Part shown: piece by piece, positions 45,901 through 57,659 of the stretch | Numbering within the stretch: the stretch's first letter is position 1 | Layout: each line of letters opens with the position of its first letter | NCBI GenBank assembly: GCA_964057225.1 | Contig: OZ059895.1 | Span: 4,898,001-4,962,000 of the forward strand | From: Auanema rhodensis | Taxonomy: Eukaryota; Animalia; Nematoda | DNA length: 64,000 nt | Reading direction: 5' to 3' | Program-made: the position numbers and the translations under genes | The notes under the pieces: generated by a model | The model's input: the letters and a program-made list of their open reading frames with translations, nothing else | What the model was told of the DNA's origin: nothing | The model's database searches: none

Positions 45901-48900
45901 GACAATGTTATTCAACGAAAAAATTAATTCTTCAGGGTGAAAATCGAGGTTATAAGTGTGAACTTATATCAGTTGATATCTCGGTGCATTTTCAAGCTAG
46001 CGCAAATCTGATAACACAGATCGACGCAGCTTAAAAATCCGCATCGAATGCACTATACTACATTGAGAAACGCTCAATACAAAAATTAGTTATGATCGTT
46101 TGAAAAATGATGCATTAGTGTATGTTGAGTTTCCATGTACACTCAACATTGCTTCCAAAAACATTTTGACAAAAATTTTTTCGAAAAATTTCAGAATAAT
46201 TTAGCAAAAAGTAGATGTTTTTAGATTCTTTTTTTCAAGGCAAAGACGATGGACAATGTTTTTCAACGAAAAAATTAATTCTTCAGGGTGAAAATCGAGG
46301 ATATAAGTGTGAACTTATATCAGTTGATATCTCGGTGCATTTTCAAGCTAGCGCAAATCTGATAACACAGATCGACGCAGCTTAAAAATCCGCATCGAAT
46401 GCACTATACTTCATTGAGAAACGCTTAATACAAAAATTAGTTATGATCGTTTGAAAAATGATGCATTAGTGTATGTTGAGTTTCCATGTACACTCAACAT
46501 TGCTTCCAAAAACATTTTGACAAAAATTTTTTCGAAAAATTTCAGAATAATTTAGCAAAAAGTAGATGTTTTTAGATTCTTTTTTTCAAGGCAAAGACGA
46601 TGGACAATGTTTTTCAACGAAAAAATTAATTCTTCAGGGTGAAAATCGAGGATATAAGTGTGAACTTATATCAGTTGATATCTCGGTGCATTTTCAAGCT
46701 AGCGCAAATCTGATAACACAGATCGACGCAGCTTAAAAATCCGCATCGAATGCACTATACTTCATTGAGAAACGCTTAATACAAAAATTAGTTATGATCG
46801 TTTGAAAAATGATGCATTAGTGTATGTTGAGTTTCCATGTACACTCAACATTGCTTCCAAAAACATTTTGACAAAAATTTTTTCGAAAAATTTCAAAATA
46901 ATTTAGCAAAAAGTAGATGTTTTTAGATTCCTTTTTTCAAGGCAAAGACGATGGACAATGTTATTCAACGAAAAAATTAATTCTTCAGGGTGAAAATCGA
47001 GGTTATAAGTGTGAACTTATATCAGTTGATATCTCGGTGCATTTTCAAGCTAGCGCAAATCTGATAACACAGATCGACGCAGCTTAAAAATCCGCATCGA
47101 ATGCACTATACTACATTGAGAAACGCTCAATACAAAAATTAGTTATGATCGTTTGAAAAATGATGCATTAGTGTATGTTGAGTTTCCATGTACACTCAAC
47201 ATTGCTTCCAAAAACATTTTGACAAAAATTTTTTCGAAAAATTTCAGAATAATTTAGCAAAAAGTAGATGTTTTTAGATTCTTTTTTTCAAGGCAAAGAC
47301 GATGGACAATGTTTTTCAACGAAAAAATTAATTCTTCAGGGTGAAAATCGAGGATATAAGTGTGAACTTATATCAGTTGATATCTCGGTGCATTTTCAAG
47401 CTAGCGCAAATCTGATAACACAGATCGACGCAGCTTAAAAATCCGCATCGAATGCACTATACTTCATTGAGAAACGCTTAATACAAAAATTAGTTATGAT
47501 CGTTTGAAAAATGATGCATTAGTGTATGTTGAGTTTCCATGTACACTCAACATTGCTTCCAAAAACATTTTGACAAAAATTTTTTCGAAAAATTTCAAAA
47601 TAATTTAGCAAAAAGTAGATGTTTTTAGATTCCTTTTTTCAAGGCAAAGACGATGGACAATGTTATTCAACGAAAAAATTAATTCTTCAGGGTGAAAATC
47701 GAGGTTATAAGTGTGAACTTATATCAGTTGATATCTCGGTGCATTTTCAAGCTAGCGCAAATCTGATAACACAGATCGACGCAGCTTAAAAATCCGCATC
47801 GAATGCACTATACTTCATTGAGAAACGCTTAATACAAAAATTAGTTATGATCGTTTGAAAAATGATGCATTAGTGTATGTTGAGTTTCCATGTACACTCA
47901 ACATTGCTTCCAAAAACATTTTGACAAAAATTTTTTCGAAAAATTTCAAAATAATTTAGCAAAAAGTAGATGTTTTTAGATTCCTTTTTTCAAGGCAAAG
48001 ACGATGGACAATGTTTTTCAACGAAAAAATTAATTCTTCAGGGTGAAAATCGAGGATATAAGTGTGAACTTATATCAGTTGATATCTCGGTGCATTTTCA
48101 AGCTAGCGCAAATCTGATAACACAGATCGACGCAGCTTAAAAATCCGCATCGAATGCACTATACTTCATTGAGAAACGCTTAATACAAAAATTAGTTATG
48201 ATCGTTTGAAAAATGATGCATTAGTGTATGTTGAGTTTCCATGTACACTCAACATTGCTTCCAAAAACATTTTGACAAAAATTTTTTCGAAAAAATTCAA
48301 AATAATTTAGCAAAAAGTAGATGTTTTTAGATTTCTTTTTTCAAGGCAAAGACGATGGACAATGTTATTCAACGAAAAAATTAATTCTTCAGGGTGAAAT
48401 TCGAGGTTATAAGTGTGAACTTATATCAGTTGATATCTCGGTGCATTTTCAAGCTAGCGCAAATCTGATAACACAGATCGACGCAGCTTAAAAATCCGCA
48501 TCGAATGCACTATACTTCATTGAGAAACGCTTAATACAAAAATTAGTTATGATCGTTTGAAAAATGATGCATTAGTGTATGTTGAGTTTCCATGTACACT
48601 CAACATTGCTTCCAAAAACATTTTGACAAAAATTTTTTCGAAAAATTTCAAAATAATTTAGCAAAAAGTAGATGTTTTTAGATTCCTTTTTTCAAGGCAA
48701 AGACGATGGACAATGTTATTCAACGAAAAAATTAATTCTTCAGGGTGAAAATCGAGGATATAAGTGTGAACTTATATCAGTTGATATCTCGGTGCATTTT
48801 TAAGCTAGCGCAAATCTGATAACACAGATCGACGCAGCTTAAAAATCGGCATCGAATGCACTATACTACATTGAGAAACGCTTAATACAAAAATTAGTTA

Positions 48901-48916
48901 TGATCGTTTGAAAAAT
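24924..48916. repeat. 351-bp satellite, block 2 (68 monomers plus the remainder of the interrupted one)
   Basis: Period 351 from 25051 to 48915, with one 347-bp monomer (CATT deleted near 44760). Confidence 0.98.
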
Positions 48917-49296
48917 AGAATTTTTTTACTATAATAAGACGTAAAAAAGAGATTATATTTATTCGACTGTTAGCTATATTGTTTACATTGACCTCACGTT
49001 ACAAAAAAAAAATTTTTTTGAATAGGGTAATAAGACCGTGGGAAAGGCGGGCTTTAAGTATTGGCGGGAACCGGGTTCTCAAGTAAATTCTATCAGTAAA
49101 ACACTTCATAATTTCTAAAAAGTTAAAGGGGATACAAAACGATACTGACAGAGAGATCTTCGGATAAGGATGAGCAGGATCTATCTTCTTGGAACTGGGT
49201 TCTTCGAGGGGCGTCGGAATCTAAAGAAAAACGTAATCTAGAGAGCGCGAGGAAGGGACTCCGTAGGTGGAGACCAAGGGGTGGAAGGTGGGACTC

Positions 49297-49374
49297 CAGT
49301 CGAATAAATATAATCTCTTTTTTACGTCTTATTATAGTAAAAAAATTCTATTATATTTATTCGACTGTTAGCTA
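49297..49374. repeat. DIRS internal complementary region (ICR)
   Basis: Its reverse complement reads TAGCTAACAGTCGAATAAATAT-AAT-AGAATTTTTTTACTATAATAAGACG..., i.e. the element's two ends joined through AAT. Confidence 0.92.
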
Positions 49375-50217
49375 GTTAAAGAAAATAAGGAGTCCTGGAA
49401 AGAGCGTCTCTTGCAATAGTGTTTGAAGAAGGTGCTTTCCGAGGCCCAGTTAGCTGCGTCTAAGATAGTTTTGACAGGCAGTCCATTCTTAAAAGCTTTG
49501 GACGTAGCGGCAGCACGTACTGAGTGAGCTTTGAATTTTGTGGTTATTCCCGCTTCTTCTAGGCAAGTTCTAATCCAACCCGCTACCGTAGTTGCGACTA
49601 CTGGTTCTCCTCTGTTAATGCTAACTAGAAGGTTTCGCGATCGACGAGTATGCATGGTAGCCGTCAGGTAGGCATTTATGCAATCAATGGGGCAGACAAG
49701 AGGGCGTTCTGAATGGCTTTCGAAACAAGCTTCGCGGGGAGGGCCCTTGCCCCTATTCTTGTTCCTGAATTCGATGAAGAAGGTGACCCCTCGTGTGTCA
49801 AAGCATTGTAGTTACGGAATAGTGTTCAGCGAGAAGGCAGAGAGCCGCCCTTGCTGTAGCAGCTGAGGAAAAACCGTTGTTCTCTGCTCGATGGGCTAAG
49901 AAATTGGCAACAGTTTTTGCATTGGGGATGAACTCGATCTGGGATAGCTTGCAATAATTCTCCCAAGCTTTGTAAGCCGTGTTATATTGTTTTCGGGTAC
50001 CAGGAGCGAAAGCGTTTACCAATAGTAGTTTGGTCTGGTCCGATATTCCTTCTATGTTGGCGGTGAAATCCTCCACGCCGCCAGGAAAAAATTTCTTGTC
50101 CCCAGGAGGGGGTGAGAGTTGCCTTTCTTGTCTTGGAGAAGGCTGGGATGATGGAGGCTCATTGGGGGTTCCTGGACTAGTTGGGACAGAAGGGGAAACC
50201 AGATCTGGCTTTTCCAA
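49368..50217 (-). pseudogene. DIRS tyrosine recombinase, disrupted (internal deletion/frameshift near 49810)
   Basis: The N-terminal part (APGTRKQY..AWENYC..VANFL) stops at 49798. The C-terminal part in another frame has KN, VCPIDCINAY, HSVRAAATS, ANW and the catalytic KHY. The segment carrying the first catalytic Arg is absent. Confidence 0.8.
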
Positions 50218-51940
50218 AGTGGAGCGATCAGGATGGCCTGTCGTCCTGAGTCTGCCAACTTGTTGATGGTCCTCTTGAGGAGGTGGAAGGGCGGGAAGAC
50301 GAAGAGAAGTCCTTGCGGCAGCAGTTTCCAGTTGTGAGAGAAGGCGTCTACGCAGAATGCGTTCTCGTCTAGAAGGAAAGAGCAGTAAAGTGGTGCCTTT
50401 GCGTTCCAGGAGGATGCAAAAAGATCAAATGTAGGGGTACCGAATCTTTGGAAAATACTCGCAGTCGTCTCCGGATGGAGGGACCAATCTTCGTGAAGGC
50501 ATCTACCCCTGGAGAGTTGGTCTGCGATGTGATTCAGTCTGCCGGCGATGTGCGTTGCTCTGACTCGGATATTGCGCTCCCTGCAGAAGTGCCAGAGCTT
50601 ACGGGCTATTTCCGAACCTCGTTCTGAGGCCGAGCCACCCCGCCTGTTGATGTAAGTTATCGCCGATGTGTTATCGATTAACAGTAACACGTCAATATTG
50701 CACCACTCAGTGCCGAAATGGACCAGGGCTTTGAAGGCCGCAATAAGTTCCAACCAGTTTATGTGATAAGCATATTTCTCCTCGATTGACCATTTCCCTG
50801 AGATAGTGTTGCCTTCCCATGATGCTCCATATCCTTCACCGGAGGCGTCCGATGTAATGGACAGGGATGGAGAGAAGGGTACAAGTGAACTCGGGGAGCC
50901 TAGTGTGCAAGATTCTTCTGATAGGAAGGCACGTAAGGTATCCCGAAGGTCTCCTACAATAGAGACCTGAGCGGAGAGCTCGTTGGGGTCGTTTAGGTTG
51001 GGAAAACCTATGTCTCGTAAATCTCTTTGAGTTTGTCTAACCCAAAAGGAAAAATGTGGGTGTACCACAGTGGCGAAGTTGATTCTCCCGAGGAGGGAGG
51101 CCAGTTTCCGGAGTGGGGAGGCCTGGGATCTGAGAAGGACCGACAGGGAGGTGCTTATAGCCTCCCGTTTCTCTGTTGGCAGGCGCCATTCAAGTGAGCG
51201 CGTGTCTATTTCTAAACCTAGAAAATCGAGCGATTGGGTAGGGCTTAAGATGGATTTAAGCATGTTAATAGAGAAACCCGCGTCACGGAATAGATCTATA
51301 GCACGAGACGCATGATCGGCCACTCTTGTGGCTGACCTGTCTAGAAAAAGCCAGTCGTCAAGGTAGTTGATTAGGCGAATTCCCTGATCCCTGAGGAGCG
51401 CTGCAAGCACCCTCATCTTATGAAACACGTATGGGGCTGCGTTTAGGCCGAAAGGAAGGACGCAGAACACGTATGATCTGCCCTCTATATCAAAGCCCAG
51501 GTAGGGTTGATGTTCTATTGCCACAGGGATAGAATGATAGGCCGACTGGAAGTCCACCTTGCATAACCAATCATTGCGTTGCAACACCGATGGGAGGTCC
51601 CTAACGGATTCCAGCTTGAACCGGGGTGTCTCTATGAAGGTGTTAAGCGTCTTCAAGTTGAGGATAAAGCGGCTGGACCCATCGGACTTGGGTACTAGAA
51701 AAGTAGAGAACCGGAAGATCCTTTCCCCAGGTCTAGCCGGTCTGATTGCCCCCGTCTCCAAAAGCTCCGCAAGGAGAGGGTTAGCCGGAAGGGATTGCGG
51801 TAACGATGTCAGATTTGACAGAAGGCGCTTAGGTTTACTCCCTGCGAAAGGGAGGCGGTAGCCTTTTACCGTCTGAAGGATATCCTGGTCTTTAGAGAGG
51901 GAACCCCAAAAGTCTAGGTGGGACGAAAGAGCACCTGCTA
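50052..51940 (-). CDS. DIRS reverse transcriptase-RNase H-methyltransferase-like ORF
   Basis: LPFGL and YLDD (RT). TSDAS, HINWLEL, IDNTSA and NHIADQLSR (RNase H). DLFAS..NAK and FPPF (MT-like). The frame stays open upstream of 51761 through AGALSSHLDFW..GYRLPF without an ATG. Confidence 0.9.
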
Positions 51941-52905
51941 TAGGAGTTAGCCTTGTGGATGGGTCGTGTTGATGGTCCCGATCGATGGTTCGATGACGGT
52001 CTTGGACGTTGATGATCTCGGGAACTTGAATTGGTTCTTGAGTTTCTAGAGAGTTCAGAGAAAGCCGAGATTTCTGCCCTTAGCTTCTTTCCGAAGAGTT
52101 CCGGGACTGAGTCCTGAGAATAAAGATTAATAGACGTTGGTCGCTTATGGCATCCTACCTCCTGAGAGTTGTCGAGAGACATGGTAGAACCGTAGAGCGG
52201 GGCCCTTTTGTAGCTAGGCATAGCCTTGATGGGCTGAGAGTACTTCATTTTAAGAAGTGCGATCTCTCTGAGGTGAGTATAATCCGTCTTGATATTGGCG
52301 CTGAGGAATCTTTCTGTCACGTTGATGTATGCCTGTTGTTTGGAGGAAAGTGGAGACTTGTTATCGATCTTCGCAAGTTTCCTGATGATCCGTAGGCCGG
52401 CGAGCGCATTGAGCGTGTTCTCGTAAGAGGCCCTGATGTCAGCCTCGCTGATCTTCACTGATGGCTTGACTGAGCTGTCCACGTGGGTGGTGTATTTCTC
52501 ATCCAGGCATGGTAGACGGGCGAATGGAGAATCGAGTATTGGGAGCTCAGATAAGATGTCGGCTCTTTCAGTGTGCGTCATGGAGCAACCGGAGGCAAGA
52601 CGCTCGAAGTCGGCAAGTTCGGAACCGGAGAGGCGGACTACAGGCCTGGTTCTAGGTCCTTGAGATTCTGGTGGCATGGGCACGAAGTCGTCCTCGTCCG
52701 AGGAGTCATGTCGAACTTGATCGAGTTCTTCATGGGAGTTTACCGAGTGATCGCCTTGGGTTGAGTCCGTAGGTGTGAGACGGCCATCGCGTCGTGAAGA
52801 TTCCAAAGAGCCGTCTGATGAGATCGAGACGGATGAGCGGCCTCTTTTCGGGGCAGGCTCATGATCAGGGGCTTGTCCCTTCTTGGTAGTGCGAGCAGGG
52901 GCCAT
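51892..52905 (-). CDS. DIRS ORF1 (Gag-like)
   Basis: First ORF after the 5' ITR, ATG at 52905, with basic/Ser-rich termini. Probable in-frame 45-nt intron at 52114-52158. Confidence 0.8.
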   Translation of the reverse strand: MAPARTTKKGQAPDHEPAPKRGRSSVSISSDGSLESSRRDGRLTPTDSTQGDHSVNSHEELDQVRHDSSDEDDFVPMPPESQGPRTRPVVRLSGSELADFERLASGCSMTHTERADILSELPILDSPFARLPCLDEKYTTHVDSSVKPSVKISEADIRASYENTLNALAGLRIIRKLAKIDNKSPLSSKQQAYINVTERFLSANIKTDYTHLREIALLKMKYSQPIKAMPSYKRAPLYGSTMSLDNSQEVGCHKRPTSINLYSQDSVPELFGKKLRAEISAFSELSRNSRTNSSSRDHQRPRPSSNHRSGPSTRPIHKANSYSRCSFVPPRLLGFPL

Positions 52906-53093
52906 AGCGACCAACCGTGAGGCTCGAAACAAAAATATGAAGTGTTTTACTGATAGAATTGACTTGAGAACCCGGTTCCCGCCAATACTTAAAGCCCGCC
53001 TTTCCCACGGTCTTATTACCCTATTCAAAAAAAATTTTTTTTTTGTAACGTGAGGTCAATGTAAACAATATAGCTAACAGTCGAATAAATATA

Positions 53094-56000
53094 ATGATGC
53101 ATTAGTGTATGTTGAGTTTCCATGTACACTCAACATTGCTTCCAAAAACATTTTGACAAAAATGTTTTCGAAAAATTTCAAAATAATTTAGCAAAAAGTA
53201 GATGTTTTTAGATTCCTTTTCTCAAGGCAAAGACGATGGACAATGTTATTCAACGAAAAAATTAATTCTTCAGGGTGAAAATCGAGGATATAAGTGTGAA
53301 CTTATATCAGTTGATATCTCGGTGCATTTTTAAGCTAGCGCAAATCTGATAACACAGATCGACGCAGCTTAAAAATCCGCATCGAATGCACTATACTACA
53401 TTGAAAAACGCTTAATACAAAAATTAGTTATGATCGTTTGAAAAATGATGCATTAGTGTATGTTGAGTTTCCATGTACACTCAACATTGCTTCCAAAAAC
53501 ATTTTGACAAAAATTTTTTCGAAAAATTTCAAAATAATTTAGCAAAAAGTAGACGTTTTTAGATTCTTTTTTTCAAGGCAAAGACGATGGACAATGTTAT
53601 TCAACGAAAAAATTAATTCTTCAGGGTGAAAATCGAGGATATAAGTGTGAACTTATATCAGTTGATATCTCGGTGCATTTTCGAGCTAGCGCAAATCTGA
53701 TAACACAGATCGACGCAGCTTAAAAATCCGCATCGAATGCACTATACTACATTGAAAAACGCTTAATACAAAAATTAGTTATGATCGTTTGAAAAATGAT
53801 GCATTAGTGTATGTTGAGTTGCCATGTACACTCAACATTGCTTCCAAAAACATTTTGACAAAAATTTTTTCGAAAAATTTCAAAATAATTTAGCAAAAAG
53901 TAGATGTTTTTAGATTTTTTTTTTCAAGGCAAAGACGATGGACAATGTTATTCAACGAAAAAATTAATTCTTCAGGGTGAAAATCGAGGATATAAGTGTG
54001 AACATATATCAGTTGATATCTCGGTGCATTTTCAAGCTAGCGCAAATCTGATAACACAGATCGACGCAGCTTAAAAATCCGCATCGAATGCACTATACTT
54101 CATTGAGAAACGCTTAATACAAAAATTAGTTATGATCGTTTGAAAAATGATGCATTAGTGTATGTTGAGTTTCCATGTACACTCAACATTGCTTCCAAAA
54201 ACATTTTGACAAAAATTTTTTCGAAAAATTTCAAAATAATTTAGCAAAAAGTAGATGTTTTTAGATTCCTTTTCTCAAGGCAAAGACGATGGACAATGTT
54301 ATTCAACGAAAAAATTAATTCTTCAGGGTGAAAATCGAGGATATAAGTGTGAACTTATATCAGTTGATATCTCGGTGCATTTTCAAGCTAGCGCAAATCT
54401 GATAACACAGATCGACGCAGCTTAAAAATCCGCATCGAATGCACTATACTACATTGAAAAACGCTTAATACAAAAATTAGTTATGATCGTTCGAAAAATG
54501 ATGCATTAGTGTATGTTGAGTTTCCATGTACACTCAACATTGCTTCCAAAAACATTTTGACAAAAATTTTTTCGAAAAATTTCAAAATAATTTAGCAAAA
54601 AGTAGATGTTTTTAGATTCCTTTTCTCAAGGCAAAGACGATGGACAATGTTATTCAACGAAAAAATTAATTCTTCAGGGTGAAAATCGAGGATATAAGTG
54701 TGAACTTATATCAGTTGATATCTCGGTGCATTTTCAAGCTAGCGCAAATCTGATAACACAGATCGACGCAGCTTAAAAATCCGCATCGAATGCACTATAC
54801 TACATTGAAAAACGCTTAATACAAAAATTAGTTATGATCGTTCGAAAAATGATGCATTAGTGTATGTTGAGTTTCCATGTACACTCAACATTGCTTCCAA
54901 AAACATTTTGACAAAAATTTTTTCGAAAAATTTCAAAATAATTTAGCAAAAAGTAGATGTTTTTAGATTCCTTTTCTCAAGGCAAAGACGATGGACAATG
55001 TTATTCAACGAAAAAATTAATTCTTCAGGGTGAAAATCGAGGATATAAGTGTGAACTTATATCAGTTGATATCTCGGTGCATTTTTAAGCTAGCGCAAAT
55101 CTGATAACACAGATCGACGCAGCTTAAAAATCCGCATCGAATGCACTATACTACATTGAAAAACGCTTAATACAAAAATTAGTTATGATCGTTTGAAAAA
55201 TGATGCATTAGTGTATGTTGAGTTTCCATGTACACTCAACATTGCTTCCAAAAACATTTTGACAAAAATTTTTTCGAAAAATTTCAAAATAATTTAGCAA
55301 AAAGTAGACGTTTTTAGATTCTTTTTTTCAAGGCAAAGACGATGGACAATGTTATTCAACGAAAAAATTAATTCTTCAGGGTGAAAATCGAGGATATAAG
55401 TGTGAACTTATATCAGTTGATATCTCGGTGCATTTTCGAGCTAGCGCAAATCTGATAACACAGATCGACGCAGCTTAAAAATCCGCATCGAATGCACTAT
55501 ACTACATTGAAAAACGCTTAATACAAAAATTAGTTATGATCGTTTGAAAAATGATGCATTAGTGTATGTTGAGTTGCCATGTACACTCAACATTGCTTCC
55601 AAAAACATTTTGACAAAAATTTTTTCGAAAAATTTCAAAATAATTTAGCAAAAAGTAGATGTTTTTAGATTTTTTTTTTCAAGGCAAAGACGATGGACAA
55701 TGTTATTCAACGAAAAAATTAATTCTTCAGGGTGAAAATCGAGGATATAAGTGTGAACATATATCAGTTGATATCTCGGTGCATTTTCAAGCTAGCGCAA
55801 ATCTGATAACACAGATCGACGCAGCTTAAAAATCCGCATCGAATGCACTATACTTCATTGAGAAACGCTTAATACAAAAATTAGTTATGATCGTTTGAAA
55901 AATGATGCATTAGTGTATGTTGAGTTTCCATGTACACTCAACATTGCTTCCAAAAACATTTTGACAAAACTTTTTTCGAAAAATTTCAAAATAATTTAGC

Positions 56001-56377
56001 AAAAAGTAGATGTTTTTAGATTCTTTTTTTCAAGGCAAAGACGATGGACAATGTTATTCAACGAAAAAATTAATTCTTCAGGGTGAAAATCGAGGATATA
56101 AGTGTGAACTTATATCAGTTGATATCTCGGTGCATTTTTAAGCTAGCGCAAATCTGATAACACAGATCGACGCAGCTTAAAAATCCGCATCGAATGCACT
56201 ATACTACATTGAGAAACGCTCAATACAAAAATTAGTTATGATCGTTTGAAAAATGATGCATTAGTGTATGTTGAGTTTCCATGTACACTCAACATTGCTT
56301 CCAAAAACATTTTGACAAAACTTTTTTCGAAAAATTTCAAAATAATTTAGCAAAAAGTAGATGTTTTTAGATTCTTT
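53094..56377. repeat. 351-bp satellite, block 3
   Basis: Monomer starts at 53094 ... 56253. Confidence 0.98.
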
Positions 56378-57659
56378 GGCTCTTGTGCAGATGTCGCCAC
56401 CCCACAATTTATGCAATTAAAATTCTAAATTTGTTTGTTAGCGGTTGTCTATTGCGCGAAAAAAAATAATTATATTGAAAAAAATAATTTATTTTGATAA
56501 TGACTTTTGATAACAAGCGATATCATTTAAAATTAATTCAAAAATATCCTGTCCTCTGAATCTTTTCCTGTACATGTATTCACATAGATATGAATCTAAC
56601 ATTCCTTCATGTACTCCCCACATTCTTTTGAATCTCATTTTGGCTACATTCCACATTGATTCTACTTTGTTGGTGCAAGCACCAGTAGAAGGATCCACGA
56701 AATTCTTCGAGTGGTTGACGGTCATGTGCTTGTAATTCATATCCATCAGAGGTATACCATTATAACTCTTCCAACAATCAGAAATGATGGTAGTTCCTTC
56801 TTTTATAGAAACTTTGATGCATGACTCAAGAGTGTCCTTGGTTCTATCAGGAACAACATAGATAAAGCATTCATTTGTTTCGCGACAAATGCCACCAAAA
56901 ACCCATGTCTGCTTTTTCATGCGACCTACATTGTATTTCCTTCTAGATACCAAACTCTCATCAATTTCCACGGTGTAACCTGGACCACCAATTACAACAG
57001 GGTCTTGAAGAAGACGCCAAGCACAAACTTCTCGAAGAAAGTTATTATAATCCACAATTGTGTGGTTAGAATTAATTTTCAATTGTTTTTTGCAAAACTC
57101 TATAGTTGTTAATTCTTCGCTCCACCAATATATGAATGACACAATGATTGGTAGTGGGAGATGGCAATCTAAAGCATATATAAAGAAATATATGCCATTA
57201 ATTAAATATACCTTCAAACCATGTGCCTGATTTTAAACTGAGCTCTTTATTGCACTTTTTATCAATGCAGCGGAATCTATCTCTCTTTTCAGAAAGCATT
57301 AACTTCATTCTCGTACCACAAATACAAGTTCTTTCTTTTGGGAGCAAATTCTTTTCTTGTAGAAATTGAATGCATTTTTCTTTTGTGCAAATTAGAAGCC
57401 AAAAATCCATGAAAGCAGCCATTATTATCGAAATAAAGAATCGAAATGATTTAAATTTGTTAATTTTTCATTTTTAATGATAAAAAGCGGTTGTCTGTAT
57501 ATATTACCTTCCAAAACTTTTTAATTAGTTGCGCGCATAGTCAATAGGTTAGCGGTTGTTTATCGCGCGAACAGTTGTTGGTTCCATACCGCTCGATGAC
57601 AATCGAGTGAGGAACCAATAATTCAGAAATTGTAGGGTGGCAACATCTGCACAAGAGCC
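56378..57659 (-). mobile_element. Merlin (IS1016/IS1595-like) DNA transposon, 1,282 bp
   Basis: 33-bp TIRs GGCTCTTGTGCAGATGT(C/T)GCCACCC(C/T)ACAATTT with 2 mismatches. Satellite phase is shifted by 1290 = 1282 + 8. Encodes a DDE transposase. Confidence 0.93.
56489..57422 (-). CDS. Merlin transposase (~296 aa; exons 57422-57212 and 57168-56489)
   Basis: Zn-ribbon CICG...FRC...C, then GTWFE; VEIDES, IISDCW, VNHS..FVDP and TNKVESMW. A 43-nt GT-AG intron joins the two track ORFs in frame. Confidence 0.9.

Larger units (their letters stand above)
48917..53095 (-). mobile_element. DIRS1-like tyrosine-recombinase retrotransposon, 4,179 bp
   Basis: ~160-bp ITRs (48952-49110 and 52936-53095), 35-bp terminal extension (48917-48951), ICR, and gag, RT-RH-MT and YR ORFs. 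Inserted at an AAT core of the satellite. Confidence 0.95.

Noticed and set aside
49678-52764. Plus-strand ORFs within DIRS, and antisense ORFs across the Maverick genes
   Set aside because: Antisense to well-supported genes, with no recognisable motifs.
57169-57217. Frameshift between the two Merlin ORFs
   Set aside because: A 43-nt GT-AG intron joins them in frame.
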